Source: Escherichia phage slur02
Sequence record: NC_028927.1
Length of the DNA: 64,000 bases
Strand: one strand, 5' to 3'
Position numbers and translations under genes: made by a program
The notes under the pieces: model-generated
Database searches by the model: none
The model's input: only the letters and a program-made list of their open reading frames with translations
Told to the model about the DNA's origin: nothing
In this document: positions 1 to 10,380 of the stretch, piece by piece
Layout of the letters: every line of letters begins with the position of its first letter
Position numbering within the stretch: the first letter of the stretch is position 1

Positions 1-137
1 AAAGATGTGAAAAAGATTCCTACTGTCGATTTTGACCCACGCATCAAGGCGATAAACCATGGAAGCATGTATATAATAATAGCCAACACACCTGAAACTA
101 AAACCATAAAAATTGAACCTGCTACTAAAGTTTCCAT
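1..137 (-). CDS. imm: superinfection-immunity (Imm)-like small membrane protein; N-terminal part only, gene runs off the window
   Basis: ATG at 135-137 with GAGGA RBS; N-terminus METLVAGSIFMVLVSGVLAIIIYMLPWFIALMRG is a TM helix plus LPWxIAxxR-type motif; sits beside gene 43 as imm does in T4. Confidence 0.45.
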   Translation of the reverse strand, partial: METLVAGSIFMVLVSGVLAIIIYMLPWFIALMRGSKSTVGIFFTS

Positions 138-144
138 GTTTTCC

Positions 145-525
145 TCACTTAGTCAAATTTTTTACACATGAATTATAAGAATTCACTACATACTCCATCG
201 GAGCATTTTTACCAGTACGCCATTGGTAATTATTAGCCCAATTAGCCCAAAGCTCGGCGCAGTAGTTTTCAATTTTTTCTTCGCGTGTAATTACATCCGA
301 ATTACGATATGCTTGAGCAGATTCATCTGGACGAATAGCTTCGTCAAAATTCGCCTGCATTTGTTCTACTGTTTGCTTTGGAGCTTCTTTATAACACTTG
401 ACATTAGGATTATAAAATTTGCTTGAACAGTTTACAATTTTTCCTACATCAGACTGATTTACTACCGGTCCTTGAGCTACACAACCAGTAAGACCTAATG
501 CAATAACCAAAATAGCGATTTTCAT
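145..525 (-). CDS. predicted lipoprotein (lipobox LTGC), function unknown
   Basis: 126-aa ORF; N-terminal MKIAILVIALGLTGC signal/lipobox; 4 further Cys. Confidence 0.6.
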   Translation of the reverse strand: MKIAILVIALGLTGCVAQGPVVNQSDVGKIVNCSSKFYNPNVKCYKEAPKQTVEQMQANFDEAIRPDESAQAYRNSDVITREEKIENYCAELWANWANNYQWRTGKNAPMEYVVNSYNSCVKNLTK

Positions 526-535
526 AATAATTTCC

Positions 536-772
536 TCAAATGCAAGTAGTAATTACTCCAGTAGTGCTTATGCAGGTATTACCCATTTGCACACCTAAAG
601 ATCCATTGGTATTCACATGAAGATTATCATCAATTTTAACTGATATTTTACCATTAGTGTGAATAACGGTGCTAGATTCAATCACAGGTTGAGTATCATT
701 TTCAACACTAACAAATGGAACTGCTGCTAATGCAACTAAACAAACTGCTAAGCATCCCATAACAATTTTCAT
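536..772 (-). CDS. small secreted protein with signal peptide, function unknown
   Basis: ORF 536-784; likely true start ATG at 770-772 (MKIVMGCLAVCLVALAAVPFVS) with GGAG RBS; directly downstream of an early promoter. Confidence 0.5.
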   Translation of the reverse strand: MKIVMGCLAVCLVALAAVPFVSVENDTQPVIESSTVIHTNGKISVKIDDNLHVNTNGSLGVQMGNTCISTTGVITTCI

Positions 773-799
773 TTTATTCTCCAAATCTGTATTAGTTGA

Positions 800-845
800 T
801 AGTTGTATAGTACCATGGAAGAACAGTCTTGTAAACAGTTTTGTG
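800..845 (-). promoter_or_regulatory. T4-type early promoter with conserved leader
   Basis: minus strand: A-rich upstream, GTTTAC (831-836), 17-18 bp spacer, TGGTACTATACAACTATCA extended -10. Confidence 0.6.
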
Positions 846-918
846 AAATTTTTTTAGGGAATCCAAAGGGTCCAGAATCATCTGTTTTTCATAAGTATAG
901 ATTTATATTACTTGTATG

Positions 919-939
919 AAAAAGGGACCCGGAGGTCCC
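919..939 (-). terminator. rho-independent terminator after gene 43
   Basis: minus strand GGGACC-UCCG-GGUCCC hairpin followed by UUUUU. Confidence 0.6.
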
Positions 940-952
940 TAGATTTATTCTA

Positions 953-3649
953 TCAGCCAAACAGGAAGTCTAACGAAGCTTTTTCTTCATAGTCCATACC
1001 AGCCGATTCACACATGCCCGCAAGCGGTTTAACAAACGATTTTTGGAACAAAGTTGAGTAGTCAATCCAAGACAGTACGTCAGAACGAATTTCTTTTGGA
1101 AGTTCTGTTCCCGACGGCCAAGCAATGCACTTGTCACCAAATGGATTTCCTTCACGCAATGGAAGAACCATTACCTTATTTCCATCCAAAATTGGAGCTA
1201 CACCTAAACCGCTAACAGCTCGACGATAAGTTAGCACACCACGAATATGGAACGGACATTTAAATCCTGGCCAACCTTTATCATCATATTTCGCTATATC
1301 GTTCGCAGTTTTTACTTCAGCAATAACTTTATAGTCAAGCTGACGATATTCTTTCTCGAAGTTTTTGTAATATTCTTGGACAGACTCTTCACCTTCCTGA
1401 AGAATACGACGAATACTTTCTTCGAGAGCTTCTTGCACTGCTTTTGGTGTTGAACTCTGCTGAGTTTCCATACCCATGATTTTTAGATGTGGTTCAGCAA
1501 ATCGCTTATCTTCCATATCATAAACGTTCAGAGCATAACGCTTTTTCGCTTTCCAAAATCCGCCAACGCCCTTTGAACCAAGTGGAGGGCAAGAAATAGC
1601 TTCACGGTCCATATGCATCAGATGCTCGCGGTTATTCATATAATCACATAACTCACGATATGCAACATCAATCATAGGTTCCATCTTTTTCTTACCGAAC
1701 TGATTCATGAATTCAACTAAATCATTTTGTTCTTTAAAGCGGTCAAGACCAACTTTTTCAATAACTTTATCTACGCAAACATATACCGAATCAGTATCAC
1801 CTGCCGCGATGAAATCTTCACCATTAGTTCCGCATACTTTATTCAGATATTCATTAATTTTACGAGCAATCCACTGAATACCAACTTGGCCGAAAATTGT
1901 GATAGCAGTAGCATTTCGCAAATCATAGTAACGGAAATGAATATTACCAAGAGCACCATAAAGACTGTTAATGAGAATTTTACGGTTCAGCTGATTTGTG
2001 TTAGCAAGTGTAGCTGCTTTTTCACATTCTTCAATCAGACTATTGAGAACAGATTCAGTATAATTCGATAGTTCATTTAAGAAATCATCACTGAACTTAA
2101 CATATCGTTCAACTTCTGGTTTAGTTGAACAGGACCCTGCGCCTTTCATAATAATCTTTTTAATAGCTTCGGCATTCATTTCTTCAGCGAACATTTTCTT
2201 TTTCCAATCTTTACGCTGGAAAAATACTTTAGCGATTTCCTTTGGAATGATACCTTCTTGATGCTTGTCATACATCCATCCATTCGGAGAACAAGAATAT
2301 TCATCACTCGGTTTAGGAGCTGTTCCTGCGATATATTCATGAATTGGATGAACTTTAAACTGCCCACGAATAGTCTCAGGACTAATGTTAACCTGACGAA
2401 TAATGCTCGGATACAGAGACGTCAAGTCAAAACTCATAATATATCGACGAGCAATTGGTTTAGGTTCAAACACAAATGCACCCGGAAAACTCTGTTTAAC
2501 GTGCGAACCTTGTTGAGGAATAACCTTATGTTCACTTTTCAGTGAGTTAAAAATAATAGCATCCCAAGTTTTAATAGGACTCATTACACCAGAAAAAGGC
2601 ATTTTAGCATAATAAGACATACTTAAAACTAGATCGATAAACCCACGAATTTTATCAATCGCTTGAACTGATTCTACGTCAATGATGTTATAACTAATGT
2701 ATCGTTGATGATTAGTCTCACGAAGTTTATTAATAGGACCGTCGTATGGTAATTTACCTTTTTTGGTTTCATGTTGAGCAACTGATTCCAAAGAGAATGA
2801 CGGCAAATTAGTAAATGCGAATTTCTTATACAAATCTAAATAATCAAGAATAGATACGCCATCAATAGAATAAATTTCTTTGCTGCCGTACATATTTTGA
2901 ATTAGTTTAGATTTTACTCGACCGATTGGAGAGAAGCGTTTCATACTGCGTTCACCGAGAATCATTTTAACACGATTCATAATATACGGAACGTCAAATC
3001 CCTCAATATTCCAACCAGTAAAAATAGCAGGTCGTTTCTGTTCCCAGAGATTGATATATTCCATGAGCATATCACGCTCATTATCGAATGGCATATAAAT
3101 TACTCGGTCAAGAATTTCTTGAGGAACTTCATCACCACCTTCACAGTCAAGCTTAGCAGCTAACTTTGCATCCCATTTTGATACTGAACCGTACATTGAA
3201 TTCAAAAGGTCGAAAACATAAAAACGATCATCAATTGAATCATAATGAGTGATAGCATCAATTTCATATTCTGCTTTCATTGGGTCAGGAAATTTATCGC
3301 CAGTAACCTCAATGTCACAGTTAGCTACACGAACAAATTTTCGGTCATAAACAATTTCTGAACCGTATGTATCACTGATATAAGCGAGTTTAAAATCGTT
3401 CATACCGAGAGCTTCGAGACCGATGTCTTCCATTCGTTTCATCCAATCTCGAGCATCTTTCATTGATGGAAATTTTTGAGGAGCGCAGTTTTTACCATAG
3501 ATGTCTTTGTACTTTGACTCTTCCTTACAATGCCTAAACATAGTTGGAAGATATTCTACTTCACGAGTACGTTCCTTTCCGTTTTCATCAATATAACGTT
3601 CAACAATGTTATTTCCGACTGTTTCGATAGAGATATAAAATTCTTTCAT
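953..3649 (-). CDS. 43: DNA polymerase (family B), gp43
   Basis: 898-aa ORF, near-identical to T4 gp43 as recalled (MKEFYISIETVGNNIVERY...); exonuclease and polymerase motifs. Confidence 0.97.
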   Translation of the reverse strand: MKEFYISIETVGNNIVERYIDENGKERTREVEYLPTMFRHCKEESKYKDIYGKNCAPQKFPSMKDARDWMKRMEDIGLEALGMNDFKLAYISDTYGSEIVYDRKFVRVANCDIEVTGDKFPDPMKAEYEIDAITHYDSIDDRFYVFDLLNSMYGSVSKWDAKLAAKLDCEGGDEVPQEILDRVIYMPFDNERDMLMEYINLWEQKRPAIFTGWNIEGFDVPYIMNRVKMILGERSMKRFSPIGRVKSKLIQNMYGSKEIYSIDGVSILDYLDLYKKFAFTNLPSFSLESVAQHETKKGKLPYDGPINKLRETNHQRYISYNIIDVESVQAIDKIRGFIDLVLSMSYYAKMPFSGVMSPIKTWDAIIFNSLKSEHKVIPQQGSHVKQSFPGAFVFEPKPIARRYIMSFDLTSLYPSIIRQVNISPETIRGQFKVHPIHEYIAGTAPKPSDEYSCSPNGWMYDKHQEGIIPKEIAKVFFQRKDWKKKMFAEEMNAEAIKKIIMKGAGSCSTKPEVERYVKFSDDFLNELSNYTESVLNSLIEECEKAATLANTNQLNRKILINSLYGALGNIHFRYYDLRNATAITIFGQVGIQWIARKINEYLNKVCGTNGEDFIAAGDTDSVYVCVDKVIEKVGLDRFKEQNDLVEFMNQFGKKKMEPMIDVAYRELCDYMNNREHLMHMDREAISCPPLGSKGVGGFWKAKKRYALNVYDMEDKRFAEPHLKIMGMETQQSSTPKAVQEALEESIRRILQEGEESVQEYYKNFEKEYRQLDYKVIAEVKTANDIAKYDDKGWPGFKCPFHIRGVLTYRRAVSGLGVAPILDGNKVMVLPLREGNPFGDKCIAWPSGTELPKEIRSDVLSWIDYSTLFQKSFVKPLAGMCESAGMDYEEKASLDFLFG

Positions 3650-3707
3650 AGATATTCCTTAGTTTATAGCCCGAGTTATTAGGCTCTTGATATATTATAC
3701 TCCAAAT

Positions 3708-3725
3708 AAGGGGCCGAAGCCCCTT
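3708..3725 (-). other. UUCG-tetraloop RNA hairpin between regA and gene 43
   Basis: minus strand AAGGGGC-UUCG-GCCCCUU; weak U-tract. Confidence 0.55.
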
Positions 3726-3727
3726 GC

Positions 3728-4096
3728 TTAATTACCAATCGTATATTTAGGAACGAGTTTCCATTCATGTTTTTGTTTAAAAGAAATAACTCGGAAGTTA
3801 TTAGTTAAATCTTTCATAAAAGTTCTTTGACCAGGAACGATTTCAATCAGTCCCCAATCTTCTAATAGCCATGCAATCGAATCACGACGAACTTCATCTT
3901 CTTCTGTCATTTCAACTTGACGACCATCCATACGAAGCATTTCTTTAAAATGAACGATATAGTATAGTCCTTTTTTCTGAAGAATATGACAGGACTGATA
4001 CAGAACTTTATCTTTATTATTAGCAATTCCCATACGAGTCAAAGTTTCTTTTACTTTCAGAAAATCTTCAGGTTTTTTAAGAGTAATTTCAATCAT
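3728..4096 (-). CDS. regA: translational repressor RegA
   Basis: 122 aa; T4 regA size and position between 62 and 43. Confidence 0.88.
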   Translation of the reverse strand: MIEITLKKPEDFLKVKETLTRMGIANNKDKVLYQSCHILQKKGLYYIVHFKEMLRMDGRQVEMTEEDEVRRDSIAWLLEDWGLIEIVPGQRTFMKDLTNNFRVISFKQKHEWKLVPKYTIGN

Positions 4097-4097
4097 T

Positions 4098-4661
4098 TTA
4101 CCATTCCAATGCTAGTTTTTTGAGTTGTTTCTGTTCTTTTACGTTCTTAGTCACTTCTTTCAAAAAATCATCCGTGACTAAACCTTTTAGTTCTTTTAAT
4201 ACTAAAGGAAGTTTTCCATTTTTAGTAAGAATTGATTTATAGTTAATTGCATCATTTGTATTAACTTGATACCGTTTAGCAAGTAACTTAATAATCAATA
4301 CTTCGGTGGAATCTTCAACCAGTTTTGCCCATTTACCATATCTTTTACCACGAGGAACTGCAGCCATTAGATAATTAAAATGAGCTTCATCACTTAAGCC
4401 TGATCCAATTAAATTCATAGCATATACAGCTGGCATGCACTCTGGAAATTGTGATAATGCATTTTCAACCATGAATTTTGAATAATCTTTTTGAGCAATA
4501 GAGCATTTAGTTTTATTATTAATAGCTCCAATTATTTCAAAAAACTCATTTTCAGCTTTTTCTTTAAAAGAATCAGCAGCGGATTGGACAGCTGTCCAAT
4601 CTTTTGAATACCAAGCAATTTGATGCTCGTTTAATTGAATATCATCTTCAAATAAGCTCAT
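4098..4661 (-). CDS. 62: clamp-loader subunit gp62
   Basis: 187 aa from internal ATG (MSLFEDD...); abuts gp44 stop; T4 synteny. Confidence 0.88.
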   Translation of the reverse strand: MSLFEDDIQLNEHQIAWYSKDWTAVQSAADSFKEKAENEFFEIIGAINNKTKCSIAQKDYSKFMVENALSQFPECMPAVYAMNLIGSGLSDEAHFNYLMAAVPRGKRYGKWAKLVEDSTEVLIIKLLAKRYQVNTNDAINYKSILTKNGKLPLVLKELKGLVTDDFLKEVTKNVKEQKQLKKLALEW

Positions 4662-4662
4662 A

Positions 4663-5622
4663 TCACTTCCACTGCATTTCACATGCTAATTGAATGAAAA
4701 GATAAGCTAAATGTAATTCAGTGTTAGCTGCAATACCATGATACTGATTATTTTCACCAACAATTTCGTACATACGAATAATACTTTGTGGAGTTACACG
4801 TGAATAGATTTCTTCGGCAAGTTTACCCACGAACCACGAATAATCAGCTGCATATTTTGGTGCTAAAGCTCTGAGTTGTTTAACATCTTTATTTTTGAGA
4901 GACTCAAGAACATCATCAATAGCACCACGATCGTTAGTAACCAGTGATAAAATACCAGCATCCAAAACACCTTTAGATGAATAACTATCGAGCTCGCCAA
5001 TAGTTTTACGAAAATCAGGAAAATTCTTTTTAACCAAAGCTGCTACAACTTTCATATCAGCTATAGCAATTCCTTCATGCTTGCAGATTTCAGTCAATCG
5101 ACGAATCATCTGCTTCATCATTTCAATTTTATCTTCATCGGTCGGTTGACCGAATGTAATAACTCGGCAGCGTGACTGAAGCGGTTTAATAATACCATCA
5201 ATATTGTTAGCAGTAATAATAATACTACAGTTTGAACTATAAGCTTCCATAAAGGAACGAAGATGTCGCTGAGACTCTGCTAACCCTGAGCGGTCAAATT
5301 CATCAATAACGATTACTTTTTGACGACCATCAAATGAAGCTGCACTGGCAAAATTAGTCAAAGGACCACGAACGAAATCAATTTTACAATCTGACCCATT
5401 CACAAACATCATATCAGCATTTACATCATGACACAATGCTTTCGCTACAGTTGTTTTACCTGTTCCTGGAGAAGGAGAATGAAGAATAATATGTGGAATC
5501 TTACCTTTACTTGTAATAGATTTAAAGGTTTCTTTATCAAAGGCGGGAAGAATACATTCATCGATAGTAGATGGACGATATTTCTGTTCAAGAATGTGTT
5601 CTTTTTCATTTACGGTAATCAT
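4663..5622 (-). CDS. 44: clamp-loader ATPase gp44
   Basis: 319 aa from MITVNEKEH with GAGGA RBS; Walker A SPGTGKTT; T4 synteny. Confidence 0.93.
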
Positions 5623-5656
5623 AATTTCCTCATTCAAGTTTTAGTGTAAATTATAA

Positions 5657-5670
5657 AGGGCCGAAGCCCT
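5657..5670 (-). other. UUCG-tetraloop RNA hairpin between genes 45 and 44
   Basis: minus strand GGGC-UUCG-GCCC. Confidence 0.55.
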
Positions 5671-5673
5671 CTA

Positions 5674-6360
5674 TTAAAAATCGTGGGTAGAATCAGCTTC
5701 AAGAGCTACTACATAATTCGCGTGTTCACCTTCAAATTTAGCAGCACCTTGTTTACCTTTTGCCCAGAGCAGAAGTTTATAATTTCCTGGTTGCATTTTC
5801 ATATTTGCCATATTGATAATGAAATTAAATGTATTTTCACCATCATAATCACCAAGAGTCAAAGAATATTTAACACGAGTCAAAGCAGAATCTTCTACTT
5901 TATTAAAACCGTTAATTACGATTTTACCTTCTTTTACTGTGATAGCAATTGTATCAATCTGCAGACCACGAGATACACGCAACAGCTGTTGAAGGTCTTC
6001 AGCTTTAATTTCAGTAACAACAGATGCTACCGGGAATGGAATTGGTTTATTAGGAGCAACTACTGTACTCGGATCGGCTGCTGGCCAAAAAATTGTTGAA
6101 CGGGCATCAGCAATTTTAATATTACCATCTTCTGACTGGGAAATTTCTGCATCGTCATTAACTAGAGACAGAATACCGAGAAAACCGTTCAAATCGTAAA
6201 TTGCTACATCAAAATCAATAGTGTCAGAAATATTTGCTTCTGCATAAGTTGTACCATTAACTGCGCGAGTCATAATAAATTGACCGGATTTAAGCATAAT
6301 ACCAGAGTTAATAGTAGCGAAATTTTTAAGCAGAGCAGTAGTATCTTTAGACAGTTTCAT
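5674..6360 (-). CDS. 45: sliding clamp gp45
   Basis: 228 aa; T4 gp45 size and position. Confidence 0.93.
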   Translation of the reverse strand: MKLSKDTTALLKNFATINSGIMLKSGQFIMTRAVNGTTYAEANISDTIDFDVAIYDLNGFLGILSLVNDDAEISQSEDGNIKIADARSTIFWPAADPSTVVAPNKPIPFPVASVVTEIKAEDLQQLLRVSRGLQIDTIAITVKEGKIVINGFNKVEDSALTRVKYSLTLGDYDGENTFNFIINMANMKMQPGNYKLLLWAKGKQGAAKFEGEHANYVVALEADSTHDF

Positions 6361-6415
6361 GTAATTTCCTTCAATTCAAATGAGATTTAATTTTATAACT
6401 AATTTAATAAAGCAA

Positions 6416-6805
6416 TTAACGATTAAAATCAGCAGCAATTGTTTCAGCAACAATTTGAGCAGCAACAATTAGACGTTCATCTGCATTACCGCAATAATCA
6501 TCTTCAAGGCGTTCACCACATGAAGTCATAATAAATTTGGCACCAGCGTTTAGAGATTCTGCCGTATGTTTGCGCATCAGTTCAATCCATTTATCACTCA
6601 CTTCACGATCGATAGCTTCATAATACGCATGACGAGCAGGTGCAGATTTAATTTTATTCTGAATAACTTCCATTGCGTTATCAGAAAGAGACAAAACCCA
6701 TGCTCGACGAATTTTATTTTGGTTTTGTGGATTTGATTCAGAACGCACGTGTTTTGGCTGAATATCTTTTACGTCAACAGTATAATTCACAGTAATTTTA
6801 GTCAT
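6416..6805 (-). CDS. rpbA: RNA polymerase-binding protein RpbA
   Basis: 129 aa; positional ortholog between 45 and 46. Confidence 0.7.
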   Translation of the reverse strand: MTKITVNYTVDVKDIQPKHVRSESNPQNQNKIRRAWVLSLSDNAMEVIQNKIKSAPARHAYYEAIDREVSDKWIELMRKHTAESLNAGAKFIMTSCGERLEDDYCGNADERLIVAAQIVAETIAADFNR

Positions 6806-6814
6806 AATACACCT

Positions 6815-7015
6815 TTAGTCATAATAATCAGTAACAGTCCAAGCTTCATTTCTATTGGACATTATTTTTGTATATTCTGATTTAAATGCATTCCTAAGCA
6901 TAGATTCAGTAACTATATGCTCTTCATTAGAAAAATTATTTCTCAGAATATATCGTTTTATTTCAGGAATAGTTAATAGATGCTGTCCAGTTGAATATTC
7001 CATGTTTTCCTCCAT
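6815..7015 (-). CDS. hypothetical protein (45.2-like)
   Basis: 66-aa ORF in the 45-46 interval. Confidence 0.5.
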   Translation of the reverse strand: MEENMEYSTGQHLLTIPEIKRYILRNNFSNEEHIVTESMLRNAFKSEYTKIMSNRNEAWTVTDYYD

Positions 7016-7057
7016 AGAGATTATACTCTAATAAATTAAAGCATAATCTCTTATAAA

Positions 7058-8740
7058 TTAAACCATTACAGTAAATCGACCAACTTTCTTCATTTGAAGA
7101 TGCTGACCATATTCTTGTGGGTCGTGGTCTTTATGCGAAATTATAAAAACATTAGTATTTTTCATTGAATTTATAATATTAGCTACACCTTTAATACCTT
7201 CAGCATCAAATGACCCATCAAACACTTCATCAAGAATTAATGTACTAATACTAACACCAGATACGATAGAAGCAATATCACGCCAAGTAAATAAAAGAGC
7301 AATATCGATTCGTGCTTTTTCACCTTCACTGAATGAAGCATAACTAAAATCTTCACGACCACGGGATTTAATTGTCTCATTAAATTCTTCATCTAATGTA
7401 AACACATAATCCGCTTCCATTATTTTAAGATAATGGTTAATCTGCTTATTAAATAATGGAATGTACTTTTTAATAATAGCACCTTTAATACCAGAATCTT
7501 TGAGCATATCAGTCAAAATTCCTCGGTGGTATTTTTCCATTACTAAATTAGTTTTTGTCTTAACAATTTTATCAAGTTCTTCTTGAAGCAGTGCTATTTC
7601 ATCAGCATGGTCAATAAACTCAGAAGATGCTTTTTCTATAGCCGCTTTAACTTTTTTAGCTTTATCTACTGCTGCGATCAGAGATTGCTTTTTATTGCGA
7701 ATATCATTTGCCAACGACTGCTGAGTTTTAATATTATCTCGGTATTCATCAACAAGAACTTTTAAATTATCACGATGTGTTAAAAGCTGTTCAAACGAAT
7801 GCGTACATTCAGAAACTTTATCTTTAATTTTAGAAACAACTTTATCACCTGAACTTAATTGTGACAAGCAGGTTGGACATAATCCGCCTTCGTGATACAT
7901 ATTAATGACTTTATTATACGAGTCAATTTTTGATTTAATTAAAACTGCTTCTTGACCGATTTTATTAAATGCATCAGTCGGGTCTTCATCTAAAACAATA
8001 TTAACTAATCTTTCATTAGCTTCTTCTATTTCCGATTTTAGCGTTCTAGCTTCTTTTGCCAAATCATCATACATATTTTGCAGACGAGTAAGGTTGTCAC
8101 CAGTTAATTTTTTCTGGCGTTCAACGTTATCATTATATATTTTAATTTGTTGGATAATACTATCTTTTTTAACATCAAGCACTTGGTTCTGCGAATTTAA
8201 TTCGCGTATTAGTGCTTTATTAAGCTTATCCATTTCAGCTAATGTTCCTACCTCAAGCAGGTCTTCCACAAGCTTTCTTCGCGCAGGGGTCGACAAACCC
8301 ATGAAAGGGGTATACCCTGCTGTACCAAGGACAACAATCTGCTTGAAACTGGCATATGACATTCCGATAAGCTGTTCAAATTCTGCTTGGAAATCTTTAC
8401 TGCTGGCAGATTCATTAAGACGTGTACCGTTAACGGTGATTTCGAAAACGTTCGGTTTTTGTCCTCTTTTGATATAGTACTTTTTCTCATCATATTCCAT
8501 CCACAGTTCAACTAAAAGTTCTTTCTTATTTGTGCTGTTTATTAATTGACCTTTCTTTACATCGCGAAATGGCTTACCAAAAAGCCCAAATGTGATGGCT
8601 TCTAACATAGTAGACTTACCACCGCCATTTCGTCCAGTAATAAGAGTTTTTTGAACCTTATCTAGTTGAATGTCAATAGGATTTCCACCTACTGACATTA
8701 TATTTTGATACCTAACTCGGTTTAGTTTAAAATTCTTCAC
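7058..8740 (-). CDS. 46: recombination endonuclease subunit gp46 (Rad50/SbcC-like ATPase)
   Basis: 560 aa; Walker A GRNGGGKST; coiled-coil middle; T4 synteny. Confidence 0.93.
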   Translation of the reverse strand: MKNFKLNRVRYQNIMSVGGNPIDIQLDKVQKTLITGRNGGGKSTMLEAITFGLFGKPFRDVKKGQLINSTNKKELLVELWMEYDEKKYYIKRGQKPNVFEITVNGTRLNESASSKDFQAEFEQLIGMSYASFKQIVVLGTAGYTPFMGLSTPARRKLVEDLLEVGTLAEMDKLNKALIRELNSQNQVLDVKKDSIIQQIKIYNDNVERQKKLTGDNLTRLQNMYDDLAKEARTLKSEIEEANERLVNIVLDEDPTDAFNKIGQEAVLIKSKIDSYNKVINMYHEGGLCPTCLSQLSSGDKVVSKIKDKVSECTHSFEQLLTHRDNLKVLVDEYRDNIKTQQSLANDIRNKKQSLIAAVDKAKKVKAAIEKASSEFIDHADEIALLQEELDKIVKTKTNLVMEKYHRGILTDMLKDSGIKGAIIKKYIPLFNKQINHYLKIMEADYVFTLDEEFNETIKSRGREDFSYASFSEGEKARIDIALLFTWRDIASIVSGVSISTLILDEVFDGSFDAEGIKGVANIINSMKNTNVFIISHKDHDPQEYGQHLQMKKVGRFTVMV

Positions 8741-8952
8741 AAAAGATTCCTTTTAATGTATCTTTTAGACCATTCTATCATATCATCATAATCTAAAAAG
8801 TATTCATCAAATTCAGCCATGCAAACAACGCCTTGTGCTGCTTTTGATGTGATATAAATTATTCCAACATATCTAGAATCTTCTTCGGTGTAATCAATAT
8901 TTGCTATGAATTCATCATTAATGTCAAATGTCGAAAACTTCACAGTATGCAT
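8737..8952 (-). CDS. hypothetical protein (46.1-like)
   Basis: ORF 8737-9000, probably starting at internal Met. Confidence 0.45.
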   Translation of the reverse strand: MHTVKFSTFDINDEFIANIDYTEEDSRYVGIIYITSKAAQGVVCMAEFDEYFLDYDDMIEWSKRYIKRNLL

Positions 8953-9187
8953 CCTTAATACAAGATACAGCCATATCTTGTAATGATTTAGGTGTGTCAT
9001 TATCTAAAATGTTGAAGTTAAAAGATACAGCCCAGTCAGTGCAGACTGTAACCTTTTTAATACAATTATCTTCAACCTCTAACGGTTCAAACCAATATTC
9101 AATAATTTCTTTATGCCCAATATCATCTTTTACTTCGCATTCAAAATGCTGACTCATCATAACATTTTTAAATTCATCAAAAGTCAT
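8924..9187 (-). CDS. hypothetical protein (46.2-like)
   Basis: 87-aa ORF between 46 and 47. Confidence 0.45.
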   Translation of the reverse strand: MTFDEFKNVMMSQHFECEVKDDIGHKEIIEYWFEPLEVEDNCIKKVTVCTDWAVSFNFNILDNDTPKSLQDMAVSCIKDAYCEVFDI

Positions 9188-10203
9188 TGTGTTGCCTCTA
9201 CATATAACTGATTTGCATATTGAATAAGTGCTTCACGGTCAGAATCAGTGATGTCTGGAATTGCATTAATGTATTCTTCCATCAACGTCTGAAGAGATTG
9301 AACTTCAACTTCTTCACTGTCATCTGACTCGACAGAGTTATCAATTTTTGACACAACTCGTAATGAATGCACAACTTTTTCTAGTTCAGATTCGAACTTC
9401 GTTAGATTTTTGTCTACTTCAGTTACTATAACACGTACTGATAGATTTGTAAAATCTTTATAGTCAATTTTTCCTTTAAATGGATAATGAATTCTACGAT
9501 GCCAGGTAGTGTTGTTTGGAATAAATTCCATTCGTTCTGTTTCTGTATCAAACATCCAGAACCCACGAGGGTCATTCTCGTCACCTGCGGTTAGTGTCCA
9601 TGGTGTCCCAATATATCTGACGTTAGCAGCCTCAGAGATAGTATGGAAGTGACCAGACCACACTTCTTTATAAGTCTTAAGGAAATCAGGTTCAAGACCA
9701 TGAGATTTCATTCCTTTATAAAAATAAAATCCGTTCAGTTCCCAGTGACCAACGCAAAAAGAAGCAGATGAAGTTTTGATGTGTTCAAGAATTTCACCAG
9801 TATTTTCTTCACACATCCAAGGAATTAAATCAATTAAACATCCGTCAAAATCTACTGTAGTAGGCTTATCATACACTTTAACATTAGGATATTTAGCCAA
9901 AAGCTCAGTAGAAGCATTTGGAGTTAAAGTATTTTTAAAGTGCATATCATGGTTTCCTACAACAGTATGCAGTGTAATACCAGCATCATCAAGCATTTGA
10001 ACTATTTCACGAGCGAACTCCATAGTTTTATGCGTGATTGCTTTTCGCACATCAAAAATATCGCCGTATTGAATCCATGTAGTAATTCCATTTTTCTTAG
10101 AATATTCTATTGCTTGTTTAATTCCATCCAACTGAATGGATTGAATCCACTCATCATCGGCTTTAACACCTAAATGCCAATCACCTAAATTTAAAATTTT
10201 CAT
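9184..10203 (-). CDS. 47: recombination endonuclease subunit gp47 (Mre11/SbcD-like)
   Basis: 339 aa; phosphoesterase motifs GDWHLG and GNHD; T4 synteny. Confidence 0.93.
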   Translation of the reverse strand: MKILNLGDWHLGVKADDEWIQSIQLDGIKQAIEYSKKNGITTWIQYGDIFDVRKAITHKTMEFAREIVQMLDDAGITLHTVVGNHDMHFKNTLTPNASTELLAKYPNVKVYDKPTTVDFDGCLIDLIPWMCEENTGEILEHIKTSSASFCVGHWELNGFYFYKGMKSHGLEPDFLKTYKEVWSGHFHTISEAANVRYIGTPWTLTAGDENDPRGFWMFDTETERMEFIPNNTTWHRRIHYPFKGKIDYKDFTNLSVRVIVTEVDKNLTKFESELEKVVHSLRVVSKIDNSVESDDSEEVEVQSLQTLMEEYINAIPDITDSDREALIQYANQLYVEATQ

Positions 10204-10340
10204 ATATCAAGAACCGTCATTGAAATGCAAAATAAAATTATTGAAATAAATCCATCTGGAGTGCTAAAGAACCCAATCCAACATGCTCTAGTGAATAGAT
10301 AAAATGCAAGAAAAAGTATCACATATCCAAGAAATATCAT
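10200..10340 (-). CDS. small hydrophobic ORF (46 aa), putative membrane peptide
   Basis: ATG with GGAG RBS; stop overlaps gp47 start (ATGA); not in ORF track (below 60 aa). Confidence 0.3.
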   Translation of the reverse strand: MIFLGYVILFLAFYLFTRACWIGFFSTPDGFISIILFCISMTVLDI

Positions 10341-10364
10341 TATATCAAACTCCGTATAAAGCTA

Positions 10365-10380
10365 AAGGGCCGAAGCCCTT
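10365..10380 (-). other. UUCG-tetraloop RNA hairpin after agt
   Basis: minus strand AAGGGC-UUCG-GCCCUU. Confidence 0.5.
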
